The translations under genes and the position numbers were made by a program. Below, one piece after another: positions 35,861 to 47,905 of a stretch of 64,000 nucleotides of DNA. Every line of letters starts with the position of its first letter. Positions within the stretch are counted from its first letter, which is position 1. Origin of the DNA: Malacoraja senta (lineage: Eukaryota); the NCBI GenBank assembly GCA_038087875.1, contig JAXLNO010000664.1:1-64000 (forward strand), in the 5' to 3' direction. The notes beneath the pieces were generated by a model. It had not been told where the DNA came from, did not search any database, and saw only the letters and a list, made by a program, of their open reading frames with translations.

Positions 35861-38314
35861 ATTAGATCTGTCTACATGAGAACCAGACCCTCTTACCTCC
35901 TTACCACCTGGCATTCTTCCCCGGTCTTAAGCTGGATATCTCACTTCCGTGGCGGTGCTACAGCCGAACGCCAACTGCGCTGCATCGTAGCTGGACTCGT
36001 CCCTTGCCCGGACCAGTCTGCTCCCTTACAGGGATACTTCCGCTTTGGTGAATATGTGGCTGCCGTCTTAGCCTCCTCCTCCAGCTCCTTCACCTGCTGT
36101 GCGAAATCCTCGCCAAACAGCTGTGCCAGTTGCACTGTGCCAGGCTGGCATTTATGCTGGTGGCAAGTTCCTCACCCAGAGGCTCACCAGCATCCGACGA
36201 CATGGCAAACCGTGCTGCACACGGTGTCAGCTCTGACAGCTGCCTGCCCTCCCTTTGGAAGTCGTCGGACTCAGGGTCAGAGCGTATCTGCCCTTCTGCA
36301 CTCACCTCTTGCAAAGAGGGTGCTTTCAAGCAGGCCTCTACTAGGCACTGCCAGCGGAGCCATCCCCACGGCCTCCCGCCTGCACAACTCCTCCTGGAGT
36401 ATGGCTTTACGAAGCAGGCCTCTCCAAGGCACTGCCAGCGGAGCCTTCCATAAGGCTTCCCGCCTGCACAACTCCTCCTGGAGTTGTGGCTTTATGAGGC
36501 AGACCTCTCCTGGGCACTGCCAGTGGAGCCTTCTCTGTGGCTTCCCACCTGCACTACTCCTCCTGGAGCGTCTCTGTGGAGCAGCCGCTGTATGAGCTGC
36601 TCCTTTTGGATAACCGCTGGGGAACGGTATCCTGTCCCCGACGGGACTCTCGTGGCCCGACTCTGCGGAGTCTATAGCCGTTAACTTATGCCGACCGCCC
36701 GACTGGCGTTGGCTGTGTACCCGGCTGGGCACTTTGCCAAGTCTGTCGCCGCACCGCTACCGGCTTGCGACTCCCCCGAGGTGACAGGCTGCCTTTCAGA
36801 GACTGCGCTCCCGCAGCTCTCTCTCTCCTTGTCGGCAGCAGCCTGCACCTTTCCCTTGTTCCTGCATATGGGGGCAAAAACAGACAGAAACAATTTCTAT
36901 ACTTTCTTATAACTCCTCCAAAGTCTCCCCGACTTTAGTGGAGTTGTATTTACTCACGTTGCAGCAGGACGTCCGTGCTCCTGCTGCCGTTCGCACCAAT
37001 GCGTCCGACGTAATGACGCGCATGCGCCCTGACGGGACTTCTTCACGTAGTCACTCACGTGACTCCGAAGTAAAATTAGTGTACGGGGTGATCGCTGGTC
37101 CCAAGGTCCCGTTTCCACACTGTATCTCCAAAACTAAAGCTAAAACGAAAATGGACCTAATTCCGTGCAGAGGTCTGCTTGAATATTGGCTGGCAAAGCC
37201 GATACATGTGCTGATTCCTCTTGCTGTCGAGGGTTGTTTTATCCCCATTCATACCACCCGTGTGTCTCTTTTATTCCATCGACTACAAGGACGTGATCTT
37301 TGTGGTCTGGTACCTCTGTGACTCATTATCACAAAGCAATCACATGCTGTCAGTCAATGATGGAAAAACATTTGTAGCTGTCACTTGCAGCTGCTTGGCC
37401 TACTGCTCCTTTAATCACTCTTTCTTTTGCGAAAATTTGACGATTGCAAAAAATAATAGATCCGCACACGAGGAGGACAAATCCATAAAAGCCCGGGAAA
37501 TATTTTACTAAAGGGTTCATTGATTTGAGCTCAATTTATAGGTCATCTGAGTCCATTTAAACCTCTTGAGATAATATTGACATTTTGTTAAAAGGGGCTT
37601 ATTACCAGTTGCGAGCTCAATTTGTCTTGTTAAAGGGACACTACATAGTAGTTCAAGGTATAAATAAAAAATCAATGCAATTATTTTGTCAATCATTTTA
37701 TTTAATGTGATTTTTGACCCAAATTATAATTGCATTTGCATTGCAGGAAACACTGCATCTAATTTAGTTTAGTTTAGCTTAGAGATACAGCGTGCAAACA
37801 GGCCCTTTGGCCCACCAAGTCTGCGTCAACCATCACCCTATTTTACACCCGAGGGACAATTTCTGGTGCTGTGAGGCAGCAAGTCTACCGCTGCGCCACT
37901 GTGCCGACGGTCCTTTTCCTTCTCTCTGAATAACAGCAGGGTTTTGCTTCCCTGATCTTTGTTATTCAAGATGTCTCATTCAGTTGATTCTAATCCTGTT
38001 CCTAAAAAGGTTGCCCAATTAGTTTGGTGGGAATGCTTTGCACTGCTACTGGAGTGAAAGGTTCAACACATTCATTTAACACCAGGGCAACAGGACCATT
38101 GTGCTTTGAGCAGGAAAGGAACACAGGTGACTGAGCAATTCATGAAAACCACAAGCAAAGGCAGTTCTTTTTTTCGCCTTGTCGTTGTGCTACTTTAAGC
38201 ATAGGTCACCTTTTAAATTTGAATGTGTTCCCACTGATTTCAAACACACTGATATTTTGACAATGATGACTAGAAAATTGACAAACAAATTCACCCTGCT
38301 ATAGGAAGGACATT

Positions 38315-38617
38315 AGTTGAAATACAGTGTGGAAACAGGCCCTTCGACTCACCGAGTCTGCACCGACCAGCAATCACATCATAGACTACCACTATCCTAC
38401 ATACTAGGGATGATTTACAATTATTTTACAGAAGCCAATTAAGCTACAAACCTGTACGTCTTTGGACTGTGGAAGGAAACTGAAGCAATCAGAGAAAACC
38501 CACGAGGTCACGGGGAGAACGTACAAACTTCATTCAGATAGCACCTGCAGTCAAGATCGAACCTGGATCTCTGGCGCTGTAAGGCAGCAACTCCACCGCT
38601 GCGCCACTGTGCCACCC
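38315..38617 (-). mobile_element. HE1-like V-SINE
   Basis: Full-length reverse-complement copy. Confidence 0.85.
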
Positions 38618-38621
38618 ATGA

Positions 38622-39095
38622 TATGTTAGGCTAGAAAGAGTACAGAGAAGATTTACGTGAATGTCTCCAGGAATTGTGGGCCTGAGCTATGAGAGGTTGC
38701 GCAGGCTAGGATGTTTTTCCTTGGAGCGCAGCAGGGTGACATGTGATTGTATAGAGGTGTATAAAATAATGAGGGGAATAGCACAGTGTCTTTTACCCAG
38801 AGTAGGGAAATCAAGAACCAGGGGACATGGGTTTAAGGTGAGAGGGGAAAGATTTAGAATAATCTGATGGGCAACATTTTCACACAGAGGATGGTGGGTA
38901 TATGGAACAAACCGCCAGAGGCAGGTACAATAACAACATTTAAAAGGCATTTGGACAGGTACATGGATAGGAAAGGTTTGGACGGATATGGGCCAAATGC
39001 AGGCAGGTGGGACTAGTGTAGATGGGGCATCTTGGTCGGAGTGTGCAAGTTGGTTTGAAGGGCCTGTTTCCGTGCTGTATGGCTCTGTGACTCTA
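38622..39095 (+). mobile_element. CR1-type LINE 3' fragment
   Basis: GLSYERLRRLGCFSLER..IEVYKIMRG..RTRGHGFKVRGERF. Confidence 0.88.
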
Positions 39096-39572
39096 AATCA
39101 TCTGGAGCTCCAGAGAAACTTTTCACTGTTATCGTACAAATGGGGCTCACTGGCAAAAGTCCAATATGCGTGTAGGTTGCAGAGTGACGCAGTTAGTGGA
39201 GATGTTGCCTTGTGGCTCCAGTGAGCTGAGCTCTAATCCTGATCTCCGGTGGTATCTGGTTGGAGTTTTCCCCTTCTCTGTGTGGGTATCCCTTGAGCGG
39301 TCCAGTTTCCTCCCACATCACAAAAATACACAGGCTTGTAGGTTATTTGGCCACTGTACATTGCCCCTAGTGCACAGATGAGTGATAGAATCCGATGGGA
39401 ACATGGGATTAATTGATGGGAACTTGATGGGAACGGGGAGAATAAAATCGTAGTTGTATAAATAGGTATCTCAAACAGTACAGCAGAGGAACAGGTCCTT
39501 CGGCCCATAATGTCAGTGCTGAAGCAACTGCGCCACAGTGCCTCAGTTATGAATGCGACTTTTCAAGTGATA

Positions 39573-39890
39573 GTCATAGAGTCATACAGCGTGGAAACAG
39601 GCCCAACGCCCACTTACTGTAGCTGTCTAAATGTTTCTTAAACATTGTGATAGTACCTGCCTCTGCTACCTCCTCCGGCTGCTCATTCCATATACCCACC
39701 ACCCTTTGTGTATAATAGTTGCCATTTAGTATTTCCTACTAAATAATTCCCCCCTCACTTTAAACCCTATGTCCTCTGGTTCTCGATTCCTCTATTCTGG
39801 GTAAATGATTCTGTGTATTCTATTCCTCTTATGTTCTATCTATTCCTCTCTTGATCTTAAACGCCTGTCTTAGATTACCTCCCATCCTCC
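39573..39890 (-). mobile_element. CR1-type LINE 3' fragment
   Basis: Homologous to the 57638 copy. Confidence 0.75.
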
Positions 39891-40119
39891 CAGTTTCACA
39901 TCATACACACTAGGGGCAGTTTATAGAAGTCAATTAAACTACAAACCTGCACGTCTTTGCAATGTGGGAAGAAACCGGAGCTACCTGGAGAAAGTACAAA
40001 CTCTGTACAGATGGCACCCCTAGTCAGGTTTGTGCAGGGGTCTCTGGTACAGTGTGGCAGCAACTCTACTGCTGTGCCACTGGTCCACCCTTACAGCATA
40101 CACAGCATCTTCAGATTTG

Positions 40120-40291
40120 TGTAGGTAGGAACTGCAGATGCTGGTTTAAACCAAAGATAGACACAAAAAGATGGAGTAACTCAGCAGGCCAGGCAGCATC
40201 TCTGGTCAAGACCCTGAAACATCACCCATTCCTTCTCTCCAGAGATGCTGCCTGTTCCGCTGAGTTACTCCAGCTTTTTGTGTCTATCTTC
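40120..40291. repeat. Inverted pair of Penelope-like terminal repeats
   Basis: agatagacacaaaaagatggagtaactcagc ... gctgagttactccagctttttgtgtctatct. Confidence 0.75.
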
Positions 40292-41084
40292 AGATTTGTT
40301 TTTGGTTTGGTCCAACATTTATAAAGAGCACTGGTAAATCTGAAGTTTAAAAAGAAACGTCTATAACGATCACAAAAGCCTTTGACGCAAATCCATTGTG
40401 ATGCTGAAGCAGCCACCATCTGTAATTATGAGGTGGCACATTAATCACCTACTTAATGATTTTCATAACCATTCACCCACGGCTATGAAGATGAAACCAT
40501 CAGGACCTCCTTAACACCATGGTCTTAATAAAGTGGTGATCAGCAGTGGCTTGCTTCACAGTGTATATTTTACTGGCCTTCTTGTCAGATCTTGCTATAC
40601 ATTGCTGAACACACCTCATTTCATCCTAACTAAACTTGAAAATTGCAGATTCCGAAACACTCCCAACTTTCAATTTCACAAAGGCATAATTTTTTTTTCA
40701 AGTGCTGCAAATTTATCTCGATTTTTCTCAGCAGGAAATAGAATATCAGAGGTGATGGTAACAAATGAGGCTTTGTTCGAACAAGTGTGAAGAATCGAAG
40801 AGGAATTAATCAAGAACAGCTCTCACTATCTGAACCATCATTAAAGTCAATTGCTCCCAATGTGCCCTCATTTCCTTTGAAAAAATCTGCTACTTGTTCC
40901 ATTACTGTGCCTCATGTAGACTTCCCCAGATTTGGCTCTGTTATACAATTGGAAGAATTAATGTGTACCATGCAAACTTGTACTCCTCACATGCTCTCTT
41001 CCCCTCACACACTCACACACCACGTATCCACACATGCTTCACAAACACACAGATATGTACACACACAGATATGTAAATACACAG

Positions 41085-41335
41085 ATAATTGTGGGCTCCA
41101 CCTTTCCTTGAACATCGTTGCTGGCTTTGATTTGTCCTTTTGCATATCTTTCATTAATTTGTTGTATGTGCATTTTCTTATCTCTCATTTCCCACTCCCC
41201 GACTCTCAGTGTGAAGAAGGGTCTTGACCCAAAAAGTCACCTATTCCTTTTTCCCAACTGCCTGACCCACTGAGTTACTCTAGCTTTTTGTGTCGATCTT
41301 CGGTGTAAACCAGCATCTGCAGTTCCTTCCGACAC
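41085..41335 (+). repeat. Penelope-like 3'-terminal fragment with a degenerate hammerhead core
   Basis: gggctccacctttccttg..ctcagtgtgaagaagggtcttgacccaaaaagtcacc..gcatctgcagttccttcc. Confidence 0.7.
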
Positions 41336-41479
41336 GATATGTACAATCTGCAACACTTGCATGCAGAGATGGACATTAACGCTGATACCTATTCACATGT
41401 ACACTTAAAAGTACTTGACCACACACACACACACACACACAGATACACACAGACACACACTCGCACACACACGCGCACA

Positions 41480-42253
41480 TGTAAATACCCTCCTAAAGCT
41501 TACCCTCCTTAGTCTAGTTCAGTTCAAACAGTGAGTCAAGCACTGGAACAACTAAACGTTATTTTTGAACGAACAACAAATCTCCCTATACGATACCTAA
41601 ACCACCACGGGTTCGATCCTTGTCTCTGCCTGGTCAAGCTCTTTAGCCTCTTGCAAGCAGACACTACCAAAAGGTCACGCAGTCCCAAGCGCCCTTCCAG
41701 AAGATCGACACCGATCCAAATGGGGGCTACCTTTTATAGGTCAATGAACCCTGAGGGGCCGAACTACATAGGGGTGGTTCCTCTTACAAGCCAATTACAT
41801 ATATTGATTACATTAAAGTATTATTGACAGTTCCCCAACCCAATTACAAAGCGTCCCAAACAATGTTTCTCCAGAAGCTTCTGGAAGGAAGTCAATTAAT
41901 CAAATAACGCAACATTCTCCCGGGTAATGTAAACAATTCAAACAAGGCTTCACACTTCAGCCAATCCTCAAACAACAGGATAACTGTCCTGCAAACTTAT
42001 TGACACTATTTACAATCCCTCTGCAGCAATCCAATCAAAGCAATGCATTTATAACACCTTGGAGTTTCTTAATAGGGTCCTCATACATATTATCAATAGA
42101 GAGGACATCTGGATCTTTCCCCATCCTGCATATCAATCTCGGTTTCAGACTGGCCGGCGCCACCCACAGCCTGTAATTTTCCACAAACAAAGGTTAAGCA
42201 AATCTTACAAATTCCTCCATTTTGTAGTGTCTTCAATTTGGTCAATATTAACA
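41480..42253 (-). mobile_element. Solo LTR (ERV- or Gypsy-type) inserted in a (CA)n tract
   Basis: TGTAAATA...TATTAACA imperfect inverted ends; CACA on both sides; minus-strand TATAAAA at about 41732-41738. Confidence 0.6.
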
Positions 42254-42766
42254 CACACACACACCCACACACACAGGCACACACACACACCCACACACAA
42301 ACACAGACACGTGCACACACACGCACATGCACACACACACACACCCACACACAAAACACAGACACGTGCACACACACGCACATGCACACACACGCACACA
42401 CGCACACACATACACACAGAAACATGAGCATGCACATCTAGTTGCACACATACATATAGATTATGCCACTAACATAATCAAGGACGAGTCTCAGCACTCT
42501 GAGGAAATAGAGAAGAGAACAAAAGGGGTTGAAGGCAGGAGAGATTAAGTAACAAAATGGATGAGGAAGAAGAGTAACAGTTGGAAATGGGATGAATGGA
42601 AAAATGAATAGAGATAGAAGAAACACTTTCTCCCGATCTACCCTGCTAATTTATTTTAGCATTTTCAATTCCTTAATCTGTGGGATCTTCAATCGTATCT
42701 ATCGTGGTTAACAAAAGGCAAGTGATCGACATGATGCACAGAGTAAATAACTTGAAGGGCAGCATA

Positions 42767-43074
42767 AGTTTAGTACATCGGAGAAACAGGCCCCTTCAGC
42801 CCACCGAGTCTGCGCCGTCCTACGATCACCCATGCACTAGTTCTATGTTATCCCTGTTTTGCATCCTACACACTATGGGAATTTACCAAAGTCAATTAAC
42901 CTACAAACCTGCATGTCATTGGTGTGTTGGAGGAAACCGGAGCACCCGGCAAAAACCCACTGGTTCACAGAAAGAATGTACAAACTCCATATAAATAGCA
43001 CCCGTAGTCAGGATCGAACACTGGTCTCTGGTGCTGTAAGGCAGCAACTCTAACGCTGCGCCACAGTGCCACCC
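42767..43074 (-). mobile_element. HE1-like V-SINE
   Basis: Reverse-complement head, V-domain and tail. Confidence 0.82.
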
Positions 43075-43482
43075 AATTTGAACTTTGAACCATTCTATAT
43101 TTGACTTTGCTCTTCCTGGCCAGCCAGTACCATGCTCAGTCCTAAACTTATACCAAAATAAAGAACATGGATTAGAATCGGTTTATGTAAGGTATCTGCC
43201 ATGTATTGTCTTCAATGACAGATCCCAACGCACGCCCTTGATATATCACATTTGCTGTATAAGACTTGCAGAAATGGCATCTTTTGAAGCGCCTGCTTAT
43301 CCAAACAACAATCTGTCTCAAACGCTTAATGAGCTTATTCTCTGCTGTTGTGTGAAATCCTCTGAACAGCAATTAGACAGAGTACATGATGTAGTGCATG
43401 GTTGATAATGACTTCAAGGCTACAAGTATCTCCTTGGAGTGGCTTTGGAATTCCTTTTTCTGGTGCTGTGACCCATGGTGAA

Positions 43483-43740
43483 TTTAGACTTTAGATTTTA
43501 GAAATACAGCGTGGAAACAGGCCCTTCGGCCCACCGAGTCCGTACCGACCAGCGATCACCCCACACACTAGCACTATCCTACACACTTGAGACAATATAC
43601 AATTTACAGAACCTAATTTAACCTACAAACCTGTTCGTCTTTGGAGCAGCTAGAGGCAACCCATGAAGTCAAATGGAGAATGTCCATACAGACACCACCC
43701 GTAGTGAGGATTGAACCTGTGTCTCTGGCGCTGTAAGGCC
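43483..43740 (-). mobile_element. HE1-like V-SINE
   Basis: Reverse-complement tail and partial head. Confidence 0.78.
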
Positions 43741-43855
43741 AGACACTGAGCCACTGTCGGCTACTGTTAGTTGTGGAATAAATATTGGGCAAGTTATAAA
43801 GGAGAAATCCATGGGTCTTGGAGGGGTGGCACAGTGGTGCAGTGGTAGAAATGCT

Positions 43856-44301
43856 GTAAATATGAGCGTTTGATGGCATTGGGCCTGTACTCGCTGGAGT
43901 TTAGAAGAATGAGGGGACCTCATTGAAACATACCGAATAGTGAAAGGCTTGGATAGAGTGGATGTGGAGAGGATGTTTCCACTAGTGGGTGAGTCTAGGA
44001 CTAGAGGCCATAGCCTCAGATTTAAAGGACGTTCCTTTAGGAAGGAGGTGTGGAGAAATTTCTTTAGTCAGAGGGTGGTGAATCTGTGGAATTCTTTGCC
44101 ACAGAAGGCTGTGGAGATCGTCAGTTGTTACTTTTAAGGCAGAGATAGATAGATTCTTGATTAGTACGAGTGTCAGGGGTTATGGGGAGAAGGCAGGAGA
44201 ATGGGGTTAGGCGGGGGAGATAGATCAGCTTTGATTGAATGGTGGAGTTGACTTTATGGGCCAAATGGCCTAATTCTGCTCCTATCACTTATGACCTTAT
44301 G
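43856..44301 (+). mobile_element. CR1-type LINE 3' fragment inserted in a SINE head
   Basis: MKGLDRVDVERMFPLVGESRTRGHSLR..FFSQRVVNLWNSLP; the SINE head starts at about 43825 and resumes at about 44302. Confidence 0.88.
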
Positions 44302-44382
44302 ACCAGAGACCTGGGTTCGATCCTAACCTCGGGCACTGCCTGTGATGGGTTCTCCGGTTTCCTCCTACATTTCAAAGACATG

Positions 44383-44706
44383 CGGCACAGCGACGCAACA
44401 GTAGAGTTGCTGCCTTCCAGTGCCAGGGACACGGGTTCGATCCTGACTATGGGTGCTGGCTGTACAGAGTTTGAACGTTCTCCCCGTGGGTTTTCCCTGG
44501 GATCTCCAGTTTCCTCCCACATTACAAAGACATACAGGTTTGGAGGATAATTGGCTTCAGTAAAATTGTAAATTGTCCCCAGTGTGTGCAGGATATTTTA
44601 GTCTGGTCAGTGGTCGGTGGTCACTGATCTGATCACTGGTCTGTGCGGACTTGGTGGGCTGAAGGGCCTGTTACCACGTTGCATCCCCAAATCTAAAAGT
44701 AAAACT
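44383..44706 (+). mobile_element. HE1-like V-SINE
   Basis: Head with GGGTTCGATCC, V-domain and tail. Confidence 0.82.
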
Positions 44707-44897
44707 TTACAATAGTGCCTCGGCAATTATTACATCAAGCGTCTATACCTAGAGGTTCGCCCTGATCACAGATGAGTGACCGAGTGAACAGGCCAACTTG
44801 TTCATGTTGCCTTTCCCTTCCTCATGAGTATCACTCAATGCACATTAACTATCCTGTTGTCCTTTCCTCAGGTTTGCTCTCCTTCACACCACACACT

Positions 44898-45163
44898 TTA
44901 GTTTAGTTAGGTTAAGAGATACCGCGTGGAAACAGGCCCTCGGCCCACAGATTCCATGCCAACTAACTATCACCCATGCACTAGTTCTATCCTGCACACC
45001 AGGGACAATTTACAGAAGCCAATTAACCTGCTAACCTGCAAGGTTAATGGAATATGGGAGGAAACCGGAGCACCCGGAGGAAACTCACTCCATAGTCAGG
45101 ATTGAACTCATAATTCTACCATAGTAAGGCAGCAGCTCTACCACTGGAACACCATGCTGCCCT
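44898..45163 (-). mobile_element. HE1-like V-SINE
   Basis: Reverse-complement copy with an internal deletion. Confidence 0.75.
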
Positions 45164-46190
45164 AAACTACAGACCTCGATAGCACCTGCATTATCCTACG
45201 GCTGTTTAGTGCTTGAAACGTTGGTCATGTTTGTCTGCTCTGTTTTCATTGATGATGAGTGTAGACTGATCAGGTGCTGTCCTCCCGATTTAAAAAGCTT
45301 TTTTTGTAACTAGTCTCAATTGTCAGTCTTTAAAATGAGGACGGAGCACTGAAGAGATGATTGCTTAGGGGAATGCATGAGATTACAAGGAGTAGACTTG
45401 CTATTTGTTGTTCTATGATTTCCCTGTGGCTGCCCAGTAATAGATAGCTTCCATTAAGTTCCCATTGGAGGCCTGACATCAAAGGGAGGGCACCACAAAT
45501 GGTATCTAACCAAGAGAACAGAAGAGTCTAATGGAGTGGGAGTAGATTGCAATGTCGGTGTAATCTATCACCTAATAGCCCTTGGACGTTGAGAACTGGC
45601 CTTATCTTTATCACCATAATGGGAATTATTTCCATCTGTGTTACTAAACAGCCATTGGAACTTTACATTCATCAGGCAAGATTTCCAGATGTTTCAAAAT
45701 CTCCCTTTATTTTTTTTCCCCATCTGTTATGTTTTGATCATAATTCTTTCAACTATACTTGTTGACAAAAAATTACCACTGCATTGTGAAGTGTGTTGGG
45801 CTGGATTTTGCAGTAACAGAGGATCAATTGAAATTGCTGTCAGTACCATGACTGTAGGCTAACCTGAACACCTTGGTTCAGTCCGCCTGGACCTACCTGA
45901 TCGCTCGGTTACCAAACACTTTAATTCCCCTTCCCATTTCCACACTGAACTTTCTGTCCTGGGCCTCCTCCATTGTCAGACTGAGGCCAAACGCAAATTG
46001 GAGGAATAGCATCTCATATTTCACTTGGGATGAATAGTGATTTCATTAACTTCAATTAACCCTTGCATCCCCCATCTCTCTCCATCCATCCCCCATCCAA
46101 GTCGTACTAGCTTCAAAGTCGTTTTGTTGAGTCTGATTGTCTGCAATTATTTTTAAACTAGCCCACAGCTAACAGTGGCCTGTTTCCTTT

Positions 46191-47815
46191 TAGGCGGTGG
46201 GCCGAGGTGCTTTTTTGTTTAAGTTTGTGACCCAAATCACGTAACTACCTGAATTTTTAACATATTGTGTAAAAATATTATAGAAATCATGCCTGAAACT
46301 CGGCAGGAACAAAACCTGCACATATTTTTAAAATATGAGAAAACCCTCCAATTTTCCGAGTAGTAATTGTCTAATCAATGCACGTTTGACATTGAGTCGG
46401 ATGCCAATTGATGAATCACACGCTTTGTTTCATGGCAGCTAGGCAGCGAGCACTCTGGGATCATGGCTGCCTCCTAATTATATCAAAACATTAGCAAGGT
46501 TTCGAAGGAATAAAGGCAATGCTAACCTTGCTGGTAATTTAGTTTTACCATTGATTTATCTTTGTAAAGTTATGATGTGAACTGTTAAATCAAAATTATA
46601 AATAAAAATGTAGAGCATGGGTTAGGATTAGGGTCAGTAAGTCGGTCAGTCAGAAGTCAGTCAGTCAGTTGGTCGGTCGGTCGATCAGTTGGTCGGTCGG
46701 TCAGTCAGCTGATCAGTCAGCCTATCAGTCAGTCGGTCAGTTGGTCGGTCAGTCAGTTGGTCAGTCGGTCGGTTGGTCGGTCAGTCGGTCGGTCAGTCGG
46801 TCAGTCAGTCAGTCAGTCTGTCGATCAGCCGATCTTTCGGGCTGTCGGTAGGCCGTGGATGCTGCGAAGGATCTGTCGGGCTGTCGGGCCACCAGTGAGT
46901 GCTACGAGGGGTCAGTCGGGCTGTCAGGCCGCCGGTGAGTACTGCAAGGGGTCGGTCGGGCTGTCGGGTGGCCGGTGAGTGCTGTGAGGGATCGGTCGGG
47001 CTGTCGGGCCGCCAGTGTTGCAGCGAGCGAGCGGGCGGACTGACGGAGCTGGTACTATGGGAGTGCTGAAGGCGGCCCGGGCGGCATGCAGGGCAGTGCT
47101 GCTCCCCACCATCATCACCAGGATGATCCAGAAGGTCATGCTGGCCGAGGTGGACGCGCTGAGTGGCCACACTTACGGTGCCCGCAGCCGGTCCCAAAGT
47201 GCTCCAGCTCCAGCCGTGGGCAGCTCTGGAAGGAGGGCGAGTTAGGGTTAGGGTTAGACATTTTCCTCTCAGTGGAAGATGACTTAGCCTTCCCCCAGCC
47301 TGGCACTGCCCCAGTCCCACTACTGCCGTGACCCCCCACTCTTCCCACTGGCAATCAGTGGGGTTCAGTAAACGGGGGAATGCACAGGATCTGCTCTCAC
47401 CCATTAATTAGGCTGGTTCAGGAGCCAGATGTCTGCGGCAGTCTCATTCAAAATACACACTCACAATTATATTCATTACATTATTTTTATATAATATATT
47501 TTTATATAATATTTTTATATAATATAATTATATATAACTCCAGTCATATATATATATATGGTTTAAATAGACAGCAGCATGGAATTCGGCTCCCCATGGA
47601 TTAATATGAGCATTGAACACTAGATGGCGCTTACTTTTTTGATCTCATTTTCTAATTAACTTAATTAATTAATGTGCAATTTTTTGCACTGACAGGTTAT
47701 GACTTCCTTTTGAATTATATTTTATCTAAATCTGTGCCAAATTTCAGGTAGTTCCCAGACATGGGTCACGAAAGTTAAATTCTAGACACATTTTCGATGC
47801 TCGGCCCATAGCCTA
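46191..47815. mobile_element. Non-autonomous TIR DNA transposon with TAG..CTA termini and a 3-bp TSD (Academ-like)
   Basis: TAGGCGGTGGGCCGAG / CTCGGCCCATAGCCTA ends, with imperfect inverted similarity over about 100 bp (gtgaccca, aactacctgaa); TTT duplicated at 46188-46190 and 47816-47818. Confidence 0.75.
46632..47015. repeat. (GTCA/GTCG)n microsatellite grading into GC-rich tandem units of about 35-40 bp
   Basis: Repeated gtcgggctgtcggg..ccggtgagt units seen directly. Confidence 0.85.
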
Positions 47816-47905
47816 TTTATCATTGTTGCATTTTTGCATATCTTTCATTCATTTGTTCCATATCACCATCTATATCTCTTGTTTCCCATTCCCCTGATTG
47901 TCAGT

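Larger units (their letters stand above)
32589..37076 (-). mobile_element. DIRS1-type tyrosine-recombinase retrotransposon, copy B (ORFs decayed)
   Basis: ITRs (gaagaagtcccgtcagggcgcatgcgcgtca and its reverse complement); ICR at 32820-32931; RT, RNase H region, methyltransferase-like and YR remnants in DIRS order. Confidence 0.94.

Noticed and set aside
35852..36595. 247-aa plus-strand ORF
   Set aside because: Antisense to the DIRS gag region and its tandem repeats
41480..42014. Shorter LTR boundary using the perfect TGTAAATA/TATTTACA inverted repeat
   Set aside because: No flanking duplication, and the CA tract resumes only after 42253
46619..47258. Interstitial telomere or chromosome fusion site
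   Set aside because: Only 2-3 TTAGGG units, same orientation, inside a TIR element
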